Source: a virus | Direction: 5' to 3' (one strand) | Length of the DNA: 64,000 nucleotides | IMG/VR virus record: IMGVR_UViG_3300005289_000003 | Coordinates: 22,445 to 86,444 of that record | Shown: positions 46,058-57,460 of the stretch, piece by piece | Layout: the number at the start of each line of letters is the position of its first letter | Position numbering within the stretch: the stretch's first letter is position 1 | Notes under the pieces: generated by a model | What the model saw: the letters and a program-made list of their open reading frames with translations, nothing else | Told to the model about the DNA's origin: nothing | The model's database searches: none | Translations under genes and position numbers: made by a program

Positions 46058-49033
46058 CTAGTATCCAAGGACACAGTATTGACTGTTCAATTGCCCATAA
46101 ACTTCATCATTCAATCGGGCAAAGAACCTGTATTGCTTCACAGGTGAAACCTGTAGTTGCCATGTGTACCTGCCGTTCTGCTCCCGTTTCTCTTCAATCT
46201 TCTCTACGAAGACATCAAGGTAGTTGGAAGCAGTTGGGTAGATATTCATGTCGTCTACGATTGCGCGGGTTGTGTCTGATTCTGTACCAAAGTGTCCGGC
46301 ACGCACATAAAGACGTACGGCCGTTGCATCCACATTGGAACTGGTGATGGAAAAAGTAGTCCAATCCAACCCATTTGACGAGTACTCGTAATAGATAACG
46401 TTTGAGTCTTCACGTAGGCGTAGGTAGACATGAACCAAAGGATCGTAGGTGTCTACCCGCAATTGAGTGAAGTTGCTGTAATCCACCAAGTACAGAGAAT
46501 AAATGTTGCCATTAGAAATGACGAACATGTGTTGATTCTCTAGCGACTCATCAGAAATCAAAAGTGGGAAGAACTGATAGGTGACAATGTCCTGATCACC
46601 AACATCAATGACACGCACACCGTAAGAACTGTTCTTAATGTTGTACGGGCGTTGCGTAAACAAAGTCTGAAAAGAGACAGAGCCAGTAAGAGTGGTTATT
46701 TCCAGCCGACCACCTGTGAACAGGATTTGCGCCGGATAGTCCCGACCCCATTTATTGGCGTCAAAAGTGCTGAAGTCTTCTGTAATTGAATAATCAGGAG
46801 TGACGATGGGCAGGTTACCTACCCTGATCTTCTCTCCTTCTTGAAGCCTCAGGCAGTCATCCCACTGGATTTCGCTTTGGTCAGGATCCAGCAGAACAGA
46901 GTCAAGACGTGTCTGTGTATCGGCATAGTCAGAAACCAACAACTGAGCTAGCGAGAAGAGATCAGAGGCATACCGGAGTTCCACTTCCTTGGGTGCCGCT
47001 ACGTACTCGCCGTTCTCAAGGATGGAAGTTTCGTCTCTAGCAACAACCGCCGTGCCGTTTGGTTGCTGGACAATGGCCACATTGGCAAAGTTCGCATCAT
47101 CTGTAGAAGGTGCGTATCCCTGCCAAAGGACAGACTTGATTCCATCGAAGGTAGCCAATAGTGGAGTATTGGTACGGGAGTTTCTATTCCGATAAGTGAG
47201 CTTCCCGTCTACTCCACAGAACAGGTGACCGGCTGCAAATCCTGTGGTCTTTTGCATGAGGGATAGCGCGCTGGTTGCTGACCAGTTCCTGTCTGCCAGG
47301 GTGACTAGACCAGCGTCTATCTGTCTCTTCCACTCTGGGACACCAGCGAAGTTAGCTAGGCCACCAAGCCTGTTACCTTCGTTCTCGATATACCCGCCGT
47401 AGATACCAACAATGAAGTGCGCGTTAACTCTGTCGCTAGTCAGGTAGTGGTCATAGAAAGCTAGGTGTCCACCACGACCGACATACCAGGAAACAGAAGC
47501 ATCAACGAAAGAGTCGATGTAACCACCGAATCCCGCGCGGGTAGGCGGTCCCAGCGCATGGAAAGGACTAGCCGAAAGCTCTAGTCCAAAGCCTGCAATA
47601 TTAGACCCGTTGATGTAGATATCAACTGTTCCATAAGTTCCACCGGGCCGATAATTGAAAACAAGGTGAGTAGCTGTCGTTACCCGGTAGTTCTCAGTGG
47701 TACCACCTAGAAGGCCAGCACCAGAATAGAAATCAAGTGAACCGAATACATTTTGCTTAATCATGAAGCCGGATACTTCATCGTGACCAGCGTTACCAGG
47801 TATTGCCGTGGCAAAGATTGTCTCTTCAATTGCTGGTGATTCGGTTCCAGGAATTAGCCACATCTCAACGGCCCAACCGTTGACATCAGGCACCATGCCG
47901 GGAACTTCCACATCAGTAAAGATGAAGTTCCTTACCGTGCCATTCAAAGCATTGGGGTTGAAGTCAACACAAGTGGAGTTGTCATCCGCTGTGTCGTCAC
48001 CGAAGATTTCTCGTTCAACTTCAGGAAGCATTTTGTCTGCACCAAACTTGGTGCCAGAATCCCCGTACTTACCTGTATGAAGCTCAATGGTTCCACCAGT
48101 ACCAGATATGTTTCCGGCCACCAATGTTTCTGAGCCTTCATTCATTGGGAAGTAAGCATTGGGATTGTCGTAAAGAACTTCCTGTTGGTACGGCGGTTGC
48201 AGTTGGAAGTTAGAGAGGAAGCGGAACATGTCCACGCATTCCAGTGACACTGTCGCGTACCTGGAACCAGGGAAGGATTGTTCCCAACGTGAGCTATATC
48301 CAGACCACCGAGGGTAAAGACAACCATCTTTCACCAAGAAATACTTAACGCTTCTCTTGACTTTGATGTTGTCTTGGTATGGGAAACCAGATCCCTTGCC
48401 GTTAGGAGTCAATAGACCATCTTCGTTCTTTAGGACGAAGGTAGCCGTGCCTGCCTCATATTCGTCACGCTCATAGTTACGGCCCATGCTGGTCTGGACT
48501 GTCTGAATCCGTGGCCCAATGTCTTGCCCGATGTATTCAAAAGTCTCGTCATCAGTCCAGTGTGTCTCATCTGCATCAACACCTAGAACACGTCTCTTAA
48601 TGAAGACATGATCAGTGTTATTTGGAGTCGTCACCACAAAGGAAATCTTTACCCAACCATCCGACCTTACAAATCCTTCGTCTTCCATTTGTAGGTAAAC
48701 ACTGCTACCTACTGGCAATTCGTCTTCTGACCTGTAGAAGACTGTGATCTCTACACGTCTGGCGTCACCACTTGGCAAGAAGTGTGATGTATATAGATAC
48801 CGAGCATTTGACCGAACTGTGCCGACATACCCACCAGTGTTCACACTGATAGATCCTGCTGCCGTACTAGTCATTTCGATGCCGGTATAGCCAGCGTAAA
48901 TACGTGCCGGATTATAGATAAAAAAGGCGCTCGTATTGTCGTCTGCAAAGGTGTTGCTAGACGAAGCAATGCCGTCCATCTCAAAGACATCAGCATCAAA
49001 AGCGACATTCAAAGACAGTCTGACTCTGCTCAT
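46058..49033 (-). CDS. minor tail/baseplate protein with LamG-like domain
   Basis: GRNYERD..AGTATFVLKNEDG, PNAYFPMNE, LAFYDHYLTSDRVNAH. Confidence 0.8.
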   Translation of the reverse strand: MSRVRLSLNVAFDADVFEMDGIASSSNTFADDNTSAFFIYNPARIYAGYTGIEMTSTAAGSISVNTGGYVGTVRSNARYLYTSHFLPSGDARRVEITVFYRSEDELPVGSSVYLQMEDEGFVRSDGWVKISFVVTTPNNTDHVFIKRRVLGVDADETHWTDDETFEYIGQDIGPRIQTVQTSMGRNYERDEYEAGTATFVLKNEDGLLTPNGKGSGFPYQDNIKVKRSVKYFLVKDGCLYPRWSGYSSRWEQSFPGSRYATVSLECVDMFRFLSNFQLQPPYQQEVLYDNPNAYFPMNEGSETLVAGNISGTGGTIELHTGKYGDSGTKFGADKMLPEVEREIFGDDTADDNSTCVDFNPNALNGTVRNFIFTDVEVPGMVPDVNGWAVEMWLIPGTESPAIEETIFATAIPGNAGHDEVSGFMIKQNVFGSLDFYSGAGLLGGTTENYRVTTATHLVFNYRPGGTYGTVDIYINGSNIAGFGLELSASPFHALGPPTRAGFGGYIDSFVDASVSWYVGRGGHLAFYDHYLTSDRVNAHFIVGIYGGYIENEGNRLGGLANFAGVPEWKRQIDAGLVTLADRNWSATSALSLMQKTTGFAAGHLFCGVDGKLTYRNRNSRTNTPLLATFDGIKSVLWQGYAPSTDDANFANVAIVQQPNGTAVVARDETSILENGEYVAAPKEVELRYASDLFSLAQLLVSDYADTQTRLDSVLLDPDQSEIQWDDCLRLQEGEKIRVGNLPIVTPDYSITEDFSTFDANKWGRDYPAQILFTGGRLEITTLTGSVSFQTLFTQRPYNIKNSSYGVRVIDVGDQDIVTYQFFPLLISDESLENQHMFVISNGNIYSLYLVDYSNFTQLRVDTYDPLVHVYLRLREDSNVIYYEYSSNGLDWTTFSITSSNVDATAVRLYVRAGHFGTESDTTRAIVDDMNIYPTASNYLDVFVEKIEEKREQNGRYTWQLQVSPVKQYRFFARLNDEVYGQLNSQYCVLGY

Positions 49034-49043
49034 CTCACCACCT

Positions 49044-50810
49044 TTAATTCTGGATTAGTTCCATATGGCTATGAATTTCTGGCGTAGTGGACATAGCAAC
49101 TCTGTCCATTAGATAGAAGTAAGGACCACCAAAGGTGATACCGAAGTTTCCAAAGGCAACACCACCAGAACCGGTGTTTATGTTCGCTGCCGTTACATGC
49201 TCGGTAAGAACCGTCGTCTTTGGAGAGTTAAAGATGTAAGCATCTAGTTGCCCGTCTGAAGCGCCAATGGTGAGGGTTATTCCAATACGTATCCACTTGT
49301 CTGTAGGTAGTACAGACGAAGAGGTTGCTTGAACCGTAAAGTTTTTGTCGGACAGAGTTAGATGCCCGTCAGCATCCATGCCGACATAACCACAAGCATT
49401 GAAAACATTTGTCTCAGAGAATGCGGCAAAGAGCCCACGACCATCTACGTAATAGCTAGGTAGCCGCACATACATTCTGGCGTAGAGAATATCCAGTGGC
49501 GTTAGCACAAGAGGCCCGGTTAGGACCTTATAAGCAACCTGAGCAAAACCATCGCTAGCAAAAGAGTTCACCGCGATACATGGTGTGTAATCCAGACCAG
49601 CACCGCTATAAACCAAAACACCATTACTGGTGAAAACATTGAAGAATTCATCACCAGAGAAGTTTGTATTGCTGGTGGTGACGTCATCTCCAATAGGCGC
49701 ATACAGCAAAGTATTTGCCTTGTACATGTTCCCCGAATCGATAGGAGTCGGGGGAATAGGTGTTGTCGTTCCTGTTGGCCCTGTCGGTCCGGTTGGTCCT
49801 GAAGGCCCCGTAGGACCCGTGGGGCCTGTCGGTCCAGTTGGCCCCGTGATGGGGCCTGTAGGCCCTGTAGAGCCTGTGGGACCGCTACCGGGTGGTGGTG
49901 TGACCTGAGACCACAGTTCGATGTATTTGGCCGTAGAAACCGGGCTGTTTCCATTGAATAGATCTGAGTTCACATTGCTAGCGTCAATGGGGTCAGCGAA
50001 GTATTGCTCAAACCCCATGTGCCCCGTGGAGTTCGCGTCTAGAAAGACGTTGAACATTCCTTGGATGTAAGCGGCACCGTGGACATCTCCACCAGCCTGA
50101 GCAAATCCGGTGGCAATACCCCACTCAGGAACAATCAAGCGCTTGCCATGTTGGCGGGCCAAATCAAGGAACCAACGAATACAGTCAGGTCTAACCGCTT
50201 CAGATTCAAAATCTGGGTTAGAGAAATACATATCGTAATAGTCAACGCCGATGTAATCCACCACGTCATCACCTGGGTAAATCTCGGTGGAGACGCTGAT
50301 CAGTGGATAACTGGCGTGACCGTTCATTGTCCAGGCAGTTGCCGCACCCGGATAAGTAGTCCTGATGTTCTGGACAATACGACGGTATCCATTGATGTAT
50401 TCCTGTGCTGAGTGGTATTGGCCTTGGCCTCCTCCACCACCCCATGGCATGAAGTCACCATTGGCTTCCCAAGCAATGGAGAAGACAGGCTTAGCAAATC
50501 CTTGCGCTTCTCTTGCAGCCCAGTTAGAACCAAATTGTTGCCATTCCGCATCGTAAGCACCATTAGCCAGAGCTACATAAGTACCACCGATATTTTCAGG
50601 GTATGGCGGTAGTTGAACAATGAGGGGCATTGACTTGTCAGACCAGGCACCCGGTTGACCGGAAGTGGTGCTCCAAAGGTTTCCCCAACCAGCGTCACGA
50701 GTTGGGTAAGTAAGAGCACACGTGCAGGCAGAACCGCGTGACGCTCCCCATTGCTCACTAGCACCCTGAAAGTTTGTGTCTCTACTTCCACCAGAGCGCC
50801 AGGAAGGCAT
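49044..50810 (-). CDS. tail-associated GH26 glycoside hydrolase with collagen linker and beta-sandwich domain
   Basis: [33 protein letters not shown]; GPT repeats. Confidence 0.85.
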   Translation of the reverse strand: MPSWRSGGSRDTNFQGASEQWGASRGSACTCALTYPTRDAGWGNLWSTTSGQPGAWSDKSMPLIVQLPPYPENIGGTYVALANGAYDAEWQQFGSNWAAREAQGFAKPVFSIAWEANGDFMPWGGGGGQGQYHSAQEYINGYRRIVQNIRTTYPGAATAWTMNGHASYPLISVSTEIYPGDDVVDYIGVDYYDMYFSNPDFESEAVRPDCIRWFLDLARQHGKRLIVPEWGIATGFAQAGGDVHGAAYIQGMFNVFLDANSTGHMGFEQYFADPIDASNVNSDLFNGNSPVSTAKYIELWSQVTPPPGSGPTGSTGPTGPITGPTGPTGPTGPTGPSGPTGPTGPTGTTTPIPPTPIDSGNMYKANTLLYAPIGDDVTTSNTNFSGDEFFNVFTSNGVLVYSGAGLDYTPCIAVNSFASDGFAQVAYKVLTGPLVLTPLDILYARMYVRLPSYYVDGRGLFAAFSETNVFNACGYVGMDADGHLTLSDKNFTVQATSSSVLPTDKWIRIGITLTIGASDGQLDAYIFNSPKTTVLTEHVTAANINTGSGGVAFGNFGITFGGPYFYLMDRVAMSTTPEIHSHMELIQN

Positions 50811-50818
50811 GAGAACTC

Positions 50819-53035
50819 CTAGTACAAGTTGTAAGTGTTGTTTTTACCAGCGTTACTGAACCGCTGGCGCATTACCGGTTCTACCTGATTCACCAGTCTC
50901 TTGATGCCTGAAGAGTCGGCATACACCGGACCAGAGAAAACAACCTGAGTAGTACCAGCACCAACACGGGACATGCCCAAAGAACCGTTACTCATTGTTG
51001 AAGCGAAGGAAGGTGAGGCAGCCATATTCATACCCGTCAGCACACTGTTTAGCGCGTTGTGTGCTGAATCTCCACCAGACAAAATACCCTTTGCAAAACC
51101 TTCCATAAGAGCTTGACCGGAATAAAGTGTCCAGCCCTTACCCGAGAAGGGACCTTCCTTCGCAGGTGAGAAGGGGAGTAGGTCTCTTGCCGATTTCACA
51201 ATTCCACCAACGGCATCTTTCACCGCGCCAGCCATTGAACCAATACCCTTAATCAAACCTTCAATGATTGACTTACCCGCGTTGAATAGCCATGATGCCG
51301 CATCTTTGAAGAAACCAACTACGGTGTCTTTAATTCCAGTAATGGTGGTAACGATTGCACCAACCGCTGTAGTAACGGCTGTCTTCAAACCATCTACCGC
51401 TAGCTTAATTCCGGTAATGAAAGTATCAATGATTGTCTTGATGAATCCCCACGCTGTAGACGTGGCTGTCTTAATGAAATCCCAAGCAGTACCAATTATT
51501 AGCTTGATGAAATCAAGGGCAGTACTGATTACCGTCTTGATTGCGTCAAACACAGTCATAATGATTGTCTTATAAATGTTGAAATAAGTGGTGACAATCG
51601 TAACGATTATTCCAAGGACAGTTTCAAAAACGGTCTTAATTCCATTCCAAACAGTTTGGATAAATGAAAGTACCGCATTAAATCCAGTGGTCACAATCAT
51701 TATGATGAAATCAATAGCTGCTGAAATGAAAGCCTTGATTTGATCCCAATAAGTAATGATGAGCATAACGACAGCAACCATCGGGCCACCGATAATGGAA
51801 ACAATTAGTTTCCAGTGGTCAGTGATCCAATCGACTACAGCGTTAATAACTCCCATTACAAAATCACGTACGGTGTTCCACAAGAATACCCAAAAATCGA
51901 TAAACTTATTAAAGGCAAGAACAGCGTAGTCAACAATGTGACCCCAAACCATTACACAGAAATCAGCAATGTATCCCCAAATTTTGATCGTCCATTCCTT
52001 AACCTTGTCCCAGTTAAGGATGATCAGGACGACAATTGCAATTACAGCAGCAGCAATCCAGCCAATCGGGCCAAGAGCAATGAACCATGCGGCAGCCATT
52101 CGCACCGCGTTAGCCATTGCGATTACTTGCATACGAATCCAGTTAGCAACCCAGAGCGCTGCAAAAACTTCTAGGATTTGAGCGACAACAGGAGCGTTGT
52201 TACCAATAAAGTTGAATACCTCAGTAAGAATTGGCACAAGAGCTTTCACGACTGGTACTAGTTGAGAAAGGAAAATGCCACCAATCTTGCTAATGGCCCC
52301 AACTAGAGAACCAAGAGTTGGCAGCAGCAATCCAATAATTGTCATCAATTCTTGCCAATAAGTAACTCCGTCACCGACTGACGTGTTTAGATTTCTTACG
52401 AATCCAACCAGACCATTGATGATTTCACCAAGGCCACTGAATAGCGCCTTGATGGTCGGCAACAAGGTGTTGAAGACAGGAACAATGTTCTTTGCTACAA
52501 CATCGAAACCTTTTGCAATCTTTGGTCCTAGCGCTTCAACACCAGGGGTAATCATGGTGAAGATGTGGACCAATTGCGGGATTAGCTTCTGGAAACCTTC
52601 ACTGATGGGGCGGATGAGAGCATCACCCATCCGCTTCAGGTTCGGTGCCATAGCTGCAAAAGAAGTCTCAAGGAGTGGAGCCATGGTGTCGAACTGACGT
52701 CTTAGCTCACCACCCCAACCAATAAGAACATTGGCAATAGGTCCCGAGATGGATTGCATGGTCTTGCCGACGTGTTCTTTCAAACCGGAGAATTCTTTTT
52801 GTACGTCTTCTCGTCCGGCTGCTGCCATGATGCCCAAACCTGCTAGGGCAAAAGCCGCGCCACCAATAGCCGTGACAATGGCTGCACCCGCAACCACATA
52901 AGCCGCACCAATTCCACCAGCGGCAGCCATAGAAGCCATAGCGAATTTCCGAACCATGGCCATTGAGCTATCTAGTGCTTTATTAAAGTCATCATTGTTC
53001 ATACGAAGAAAAGCCCAAAGGGTACCTACGGTCAT
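50819..53035 (-). CDS. tape measure protein
   Basis: Long amphipathic helix with W/F periodicity; [10 protein letters not shown]; follows tail chaperones. Confidence 0.92.
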   Translation of the reverse strand: MTVGTLWAFLRMNNDDFNKALDSSMAMVRKFAMASMAAAGGIGAAYVVAGAAIVTAIGGAAFALAGLGIMAAAGREDVQKEFSGLKEHVGKTMQSISGPIANVLIGWGGELRRQFDTMAPLLETSFAAMAPNLKRMGDALIRPISEGFQKLIPQLVHIFTMITPGVEALGPKIAKGFDVVAKNIVPVFNTLLPTIKALFSGLGEIINGLVGFVRNLNTSVGDGVTYWQELMTIIGLLLPTLGSLVGAISKIGGIFLSQLVPVVKALVPILTEVFNFIGNNAPVVAQILEVFAALWVANWIRMQVIAMANAVRMAAAWFIALGPIGWIAAAVIAIVVLIILNWDKVKEWTIKIWGYIADFCVMVWGHIVDYAVLAFNKFIDFWVFLWNTVRDFVMGVINAVVDWITDHWKLIVSIIGGPMVAVVMLIITYWDQIKAFISAAIDFIIMIVTTGFNAVLSFIQTVWNGIKTVFETVLGIIVTIVTTYFNIYKTIIMTVFDAIKTVISTALDFIKLIIGTAWDFIKTATSTAWGFIKTIIDTFITGIKLAVDGLKTAVTTAVGAIVTTITGIKDTVVGFFKDAASWLFNAGKSIIEGLIKGIGSMAGAVKDAVGGIVKSARDLLPFSPAKEGPFSGKGWTLYSGQALMEGFAKGILSGGDSAHNALNSVLTGMNMAASPSFASTMSNGSLGMSRVGAGTTQVVFSGPVYADSSGIKRLVNQVEPVMRQRFSNAGKNNTYNLY

Positions 53036-53739
53036 TTAACCTCCCTTCTCTGTAGGAGGCCCTTCCTGCTTAGGTGGTCCCAAGTATCTTCCAGTCAATG
53101 CGGCAATTTGGTCTGGCGTACTTACCTTCTTTGGCTCTCTGTTCACCGCGTCCCAGAATCGGCACTCAGAAGAGAAACCAATAACGGACGCGGTGAACTC
53201 CCAAACCCCCATACCTTCGTCTAGCCGATCCATTACATTTTCGCCTTTGTATTCCCGTTTCCAATCTGCGAAGAGTAGCCCCCAGAACTTGATGCATTTC
53301 TGCAAGAAGAAGTCCGTGCTCATGCCCGGGTTTGCATTCTTCTTTTTCTGGGGGTCATTCAGTTTCCCGAAACGTTCTTTCCTGGTACAGAGTTAGCTTT
53401 TGACTTCGCAATATTCTTTGCAGCCTTGTCCATGTAGATCTTCTGAACCTGCTCAATTACCTCTGGCAGTTGGTCAATACCAACACCAGATTCAAGGATC
53501 TTTTCTTTGTTCTCCTCACCAAAGATGAGGGACATCATTTCAACGAACATCACGGGGTCTACTTCATCAGTGGCTTTCTTGCCTCTAGTTGCTTTAGTGA
53601 TGTAGAGGACAAGCTTTGCCGGAATCACTGCTGGAAGTAGGTAAGTCTCACCCTTAAGCCGAATCTTTGGCCGAGTAACTATCCGATCAGCCCATGCGGC
53701 GTCAAAGTCGAAATCTACTTCTTCTTCATCAAATGCCAT
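53036..53739 (-). CDS. tail assembly chaperone pair (53359-53739 plus -1 frameshift extension to 53036)
   Basis: Slippery G-GGA-AAC (53368-53362) just before the TGA; the -1 frame is open into ORF 53036-53323. Confidence 0.85.
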
Positions 53740-53762
53740 TGCGTTCCCCTAGCTATCAAGAA

Positions 53763-54203
53763 TCAAACGACAGATTCTGTGGACTCTGCACCAGACTTCG
53801 TGAAGGTTGCTGACCAACCGGTTAGGTCGGTGTTTCCTCCGCCAACTTCACCAAGGGTTACGTAGGCGGTCCATACTCTCCAGTTGGCTTCCGAAGTGTG
53901 TCTCCACCGGATAGACCCCAGAGAAGCCGTGCCTACCGCTTTGCCCAGAACGTCAATACGGGCCTGAGCGGTACTACGCGCACCAGAGGCTAGCGAATAG
54001 AAACCGGTTAGTTGAAGAGTCGCACCACGCTGAATTGCACGTCCGGCGTAAACGCCGTCATCAGCAAAAGTGGTGGCGTCCACTTCTTCGTTGTTCGCTG
54101 ACGGGTCATAACTGAATTCGTTTACTTCGTCGATCGTGTACCACAGATCAGGAGTGGAACTTTCGACTTCAAAGATCCAGTCATAAGAAGAAATACTTGC
54201 CAT
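53763..54203 (-). CDS. major tail (tube) protein
   Basis: EVDATTFADDG, GEVGGGNTDLTGWSATFTKSG; position. Confidence 0.85.
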   Translation of the reverse strand: MASISSYDWIFEVESSTPDLWYTIDEVNEFSYDPSANNEEVDATTFADDGVYAGRAIQRGATLQLTGFYSLASGARSTAQARIDVLGKAVGTASLGSIRWRHTSEANWRVWTAYVTLGEVGGGNTDLTGWSATFTKSGAESTESVV

Positions 54204-54297
54204 CCGGCAAGCTCCTTTCTAACGGCTCTCAGAGCCACACAGGCAAACGAAGAGAGCCCTACCTAGGAATGACACCACCAGGGCAGGAACGTTGCTC

Positions 54298-54570
54298 TCA
54301 GGCCCTCTGAGGGGCTTCCAGGGGGTACCGAGCAATGGAGGCATTAGCCCACATCATGGTTTCCTCTAGCTTCGTGATCGCTAGTGACTTCTCCCGACCA
54401 TCAGGAAGAAGTTCATTAAGAACCCCAGCTAGTTCCAGGCAGTGAGATCTAATCGATTGATGCGCCAATTGCTTATCGGCAGTGTTGGCAGGATGAAAAG
54501 AGAATCTGTTGTAAAGGTCTTCTTCAGGAGTCACAATATTCCTAACGGGCGGAACGGGCGGAAGGAGCAT
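54298..54570 (-). CDS. Acb2/Tad1-like helical hairpin protein
   Basis: RFSFH...PDGREKSLAITKLEETMMWANASIAR; start uncertain. Confidence 0.65.
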   Translation of the reverse strand: MLLPPVPPVRNIVTPEEDLYNRFSFHPANTADKQLAHQSIRSHCLELAGVLNELLPDGREKSLAITKLEETMMWANASIARYPLEAPQRA

Positions 54571-54721
54571 GCTTTCTTTCAGGTAGCCGCTTGTAGCTTC
54601 CTGCCTGGTGCGCGTTCTCTCTGGCGAACTTACGTAGCTTTTTATTAGCGAAGAAGTAACGCCGATAACCACTGTGCCTTTGACACGAATCCGTGTGGGA
54701 GTCCTTCTCTATTTGGCACAG

Positions 54722-55144
54722 TTAATCATCACCTCCCAAATAGTCCATGGCTTTTGATAGCCAATCGTGGTCTTCCAATGCATTAAGTCTGGTGTTACAA
54801 GAAATACAAAGGAGACCACGAACTTTGCCGGTTGAGTGACAATGGTCAACCGCTATGTCTCTGCTTCGCTTACCAGTTCTTTCCTGATCATAGTATTGCT
54901 CAGGGTAGGCAAGCTCTTTGTAGCAGATAGCGCAGTTACCATCTTGGTATTCATATAGTTCAATAAGATCTTTGTGGCTTATTCCATACCTACGTATAAG
55001 AGCGCTAGCCCATTTGTTTGGAGCACATTCTTTGCAATACCTTTGTCTACTACTATTTGGAAGATACGAAGAACTACACCAATCACATTCACGCGGTTTC
55101 TTGCTTACAAAGCCATGTGGCAAACCTTCGTGATGTCCAGCCAC
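54722..55144 (-). CDS. endonuclease VII-type HNH (probable homing endonuclease)
   Basis: QDGNCAIC...VDHCHSTGKVRGLLCISCN. Confidence 0.9.
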   Translation of the reverse strand: MAGHHEGLPHGFVSKKPRECDWCSSSYLPNSSRQRYCKECAPNKWASALIRRYGISHKDLIELYEYQDGNCAICYKELAYPEQYYDQERTGKRSRDIAVDHCHSTGKVRGLLCISCNTRLNALEDHDWLSKAMDYLGGDD

Positions 55145-55162
55145 GTAATACCACCACCTTTC

Positions 55163-55522
55163 TTAGCGATAGTGATACTCGATAGCTCTACCCATTTCCT
55201 TGAGAATGTCTTTCCGGTACATGGAACCCTTGATTACCTTCTCAAAGAACTTGGCTCCACCAACTACGTGTTCCGCTTCCAAATCTTCGTGAACATAAAC
55301 CGCATAATCGGCAGTGTTGTAAAGCCTGCCCATGGTTCTTGTTTCACGTGCTGTTCCTGTTGCCGCTCTCAATGCCCCCGTTCGATAAGGGGTGAGACCG
55401 TTAGCCAAATACTTCATTACTTCTAGGCCAGCATCAATTGCGTCATCTACAGCCGCTTGCGTAATTAGCTCAAGCCGACTGATATTAATATTTCCTCTAA
55501 TAGTTATCTCACTGCCTGCCAT
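55163..55522 (-). CDS. neck / HK97 gp10-like protein
   Basis: TPYRTGALR, YAVYVHE, AKFFE. Confidence 0.8.
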   Translation of the reverse strand: MAGSEITIRGNINISRLELITQAAVDDAIDAGLEVMKYLANGLTPYRTGALRAATGTARETRTMGRLYNTADYAVYVHEDLEAEHVVGGAKFFEKVIKGSMYRKDILKEMGRAIEYHYR

Positions 55523-55530
55523 GGCCTCCC

Positions 55531-55980
55531 CTAAGTAATTGGTACTTCTCGGTGAGGAGTCACATTGATGACGTTTACGCGGACATTGACTGTGAACTCC
55601 GGACGCTGGTTGTCATCAGTGCCGATGTAGTTAGCGCCGGATTGTTCACAGACAGCCACAATGACGTAGGTGCCATCCGCAAGAGTTGTTGCCGTGAGGT
55701 TGTGCATTTGGTCATAGATATCTTGAGCGAGAGAAGACACCGCAACGACGTCTAGGTCACCCCTGATGCGTATCTGCACCGAGGGAGCGTCATAGCTAAG
55801 ACGTGGTGACGATTGCTCGCCCGTACTCAGGTAAAGCCCTACAGCCTTGTCACGGTCATAAGGCAACCGGTACAGATACAGACCGATGTCGTCACCGGTA
55901 TACGCGGCAGTAGGGTTCCAAACCAGATCATCAATATTGTCAGCTAGATAATCAGCTATCCCAGCTAGAAGGTTTGTCAT
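55531..55980 (-). CDS. tail terminator
   Basis: PSVQIRIRG, IGTDDNQRPEFTVN. Confidence 0.8.
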   Translation of the reverse strand: MTNLLAGIADYLADNIDDLVWNPTAAYTGDDIGLYLYRLPYDRDKAVGLYLSTGEQSSPRLSYDAPSVQIRIRGDLDVVAVSSLAQDIYDQMHNLTATTLADGTYVIVAVCEQSGANYIGTDDNQRPEFTVNVRVNVINVTPHREVPIT

Positions 55981-55983
55981 ACC

Positions 55984-56313
55984 TCACCCACTAGCCAAAG
56001 GAACACACTTAAGCACTTGGTGATCTGGAGTAGGTAGCCCTGGTGCAGAGTGTTTATCTACACCGATAACTGTGTACTTCAGGCCATTCCAGGTAACCAG
56101 AGAACGCGCGGGTATGTCCGGTGGAAAGTTAACAAATACTTGTGTGTCTGCTGTTATTTCTTCTGCGCCAACGTTGATACTCGTTGGTCTGCCGGATACC
56201 ACGTGAGCCCTTTTAACGATGGTCTCGCCGTAGACAATTCCAGTTCCACTACTACCCGAGTACAACTGAATAGTTACCTTGTGGCGCAAATACATATTTG
56301 GAATCTTTGCCAT
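55984..56313 (-). CDS. head-to-tail stopper
   Basis: LRHKVTIQLYSG...YG, PGLPTPDH; position. Confidence 0.75.
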   Translation of the reverse strand: MAKIPNMYLRHKVTIQLYSGSSGTGIVYGETIVKRAHVVSGRPTSINVGAEEITADTQVFVNFPPDIPARSLVTWNGLKYTVIGVDKHSAPGLPTPDHQVLKCVPLASG

Positions 56314-56732
56314 CAGCCCACCCCGTACGGGAAGGCTGGCAACAGGCCAGCAACCATCAGGGCAGAGACAGCCCTAGGCGCCAGGAAGACACCGTTGTTG
56401 GCTCCTGACGTGGTAGCCGATCGACCACCGGAAAGGCTCACGTCTCCAATAGTCACGGTGTTGTATTTCATCGAAACACCCTGAATATCTCCTGTTTCCA
56501 GGAGGAAGGAGACGTGAGCGCAAGCCGCTTTCTTGAAAGCAGAAATCACATTTGCTTCAGTTGGATTACCGTTGGCATCTGTCGAATACCAACAACCTAT
56601 GGTCGCGACGTCAATATCGTCACTGGCCAGATTGAGCAAACGCTGTGCTTCTGAATTGGTGGTCTCGTATGGCAAAGGTCCCATGTAATCGATTAGTTCT
56701 GCAACCGTTGCATAAGCCATTGCCAACCACAC
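56313..56732 (-). CDS. head-to-tail adaptor
   Basis: YATVAEL, RLLNLASDDID, KAACAHV, VTIGDVS. Confidence 0.8.
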   Translation of the reverse strand: MWLAMAYATVAELIDYMGPLPYETTNSEAQRLLNLASDDIDVATIGCWYSTDANGNPTEANVISAFKKAACAHVSFLLETGDIQGVSMKYNTVTIGDVSLSGGRSATTSGANNGVFLAPRAVSALMVAGLLPAFPYGVG

Positions 56733-56735
56733 TCC

Positions 56736-57005
56736 TTACCGAAGGTTTGCAATATCCTTCGGAGTTGCACGCGGCTTGATAACCCGACGTGCTACTTCAT
56801 CCGGAGTGGCATCGTCGTCATCTAGTTCGTGAACGACAATCATTCTCTTAGAAACTAGATAATCCATGTTGCGCTTGTGACGTGGGTTCCACGGGAAATC
56901 AACGATAGAAGCCGCGCCGTTCTCGCCCACTACCTTGACTTGCGTAGGTTGCTGAATTTCATCAAGTAGCATTTCTGCCTCCAGATACAAAGAAGGCCCC
57001 ATCAA
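56736..57005 (-). CDS. hypothetical protein
   Basis: ORF in head module. Confidence 0.55.
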   Translation of the reverse strand: MMGPSLYLEAEMLLDEIQQPTQVKVVGENGAASIVDFPWNPRHKRNMDYLVSKRMIVVHELDDDDATPDEVARRVIKPRATPKDIANLR

Positions 57006-57047
57006 TCTTCGAAGTTGATGGGGCCATTCCTTTATTGCTTAAATGAA

Positions 57048-57413
57048 TCAAACCGCCATGTTCAGGACGGTTGCCGTTCCGGTAGCTGCCGCACCAGCGA
57101 AGTCAATATTCACGGTGCCGTCAGCCTGTAGGAAACGGGCTGATTCATAAATGCGGATGTAGCGGGTTTGGTTGTATCCAGTCAGTGTCAGGTCACCTAG
57201 TCCGGCTGTCACGGAAGGTGGATTAGCACCAGCCTTAACAGTCACGGTTCCAGTGGCGCCAGTGAAAGCAATAGCAATCAGCAGACGATCCGGAACACCG
57301 GCACCCGCCGCTACGTAATACCCAGAACCACCAACGGCTAGCGTGGTTCCAGTACCAGCAGTAGAAGCACCGTTCTTTACTAGGGGTTCCTGACCTAGGA
57401 CAGTTCTAGCCAT
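57048..57413 (-). CDS. putative virion/decoration protein
   Basis: Follows capsid; MART..., ESARFLQADG. Confidence 0.6.
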   Translation of the reverse strand: MARTVLGQEPLVKNGASTAGTGTTLAVGGSGYYVAAGAGVPDRLLIAIAFTGATGTVTVKAGANPPSVTAGLGDLTLTGYNQTRYIRIYESARFLQADGTVNIDFAGAAATGTATVLNMAV

Positions 57414-57460
57414 AACTTAGTGGCCTTCCTGTAGTGAAGAAATGAATGACCGAAAAGAAC

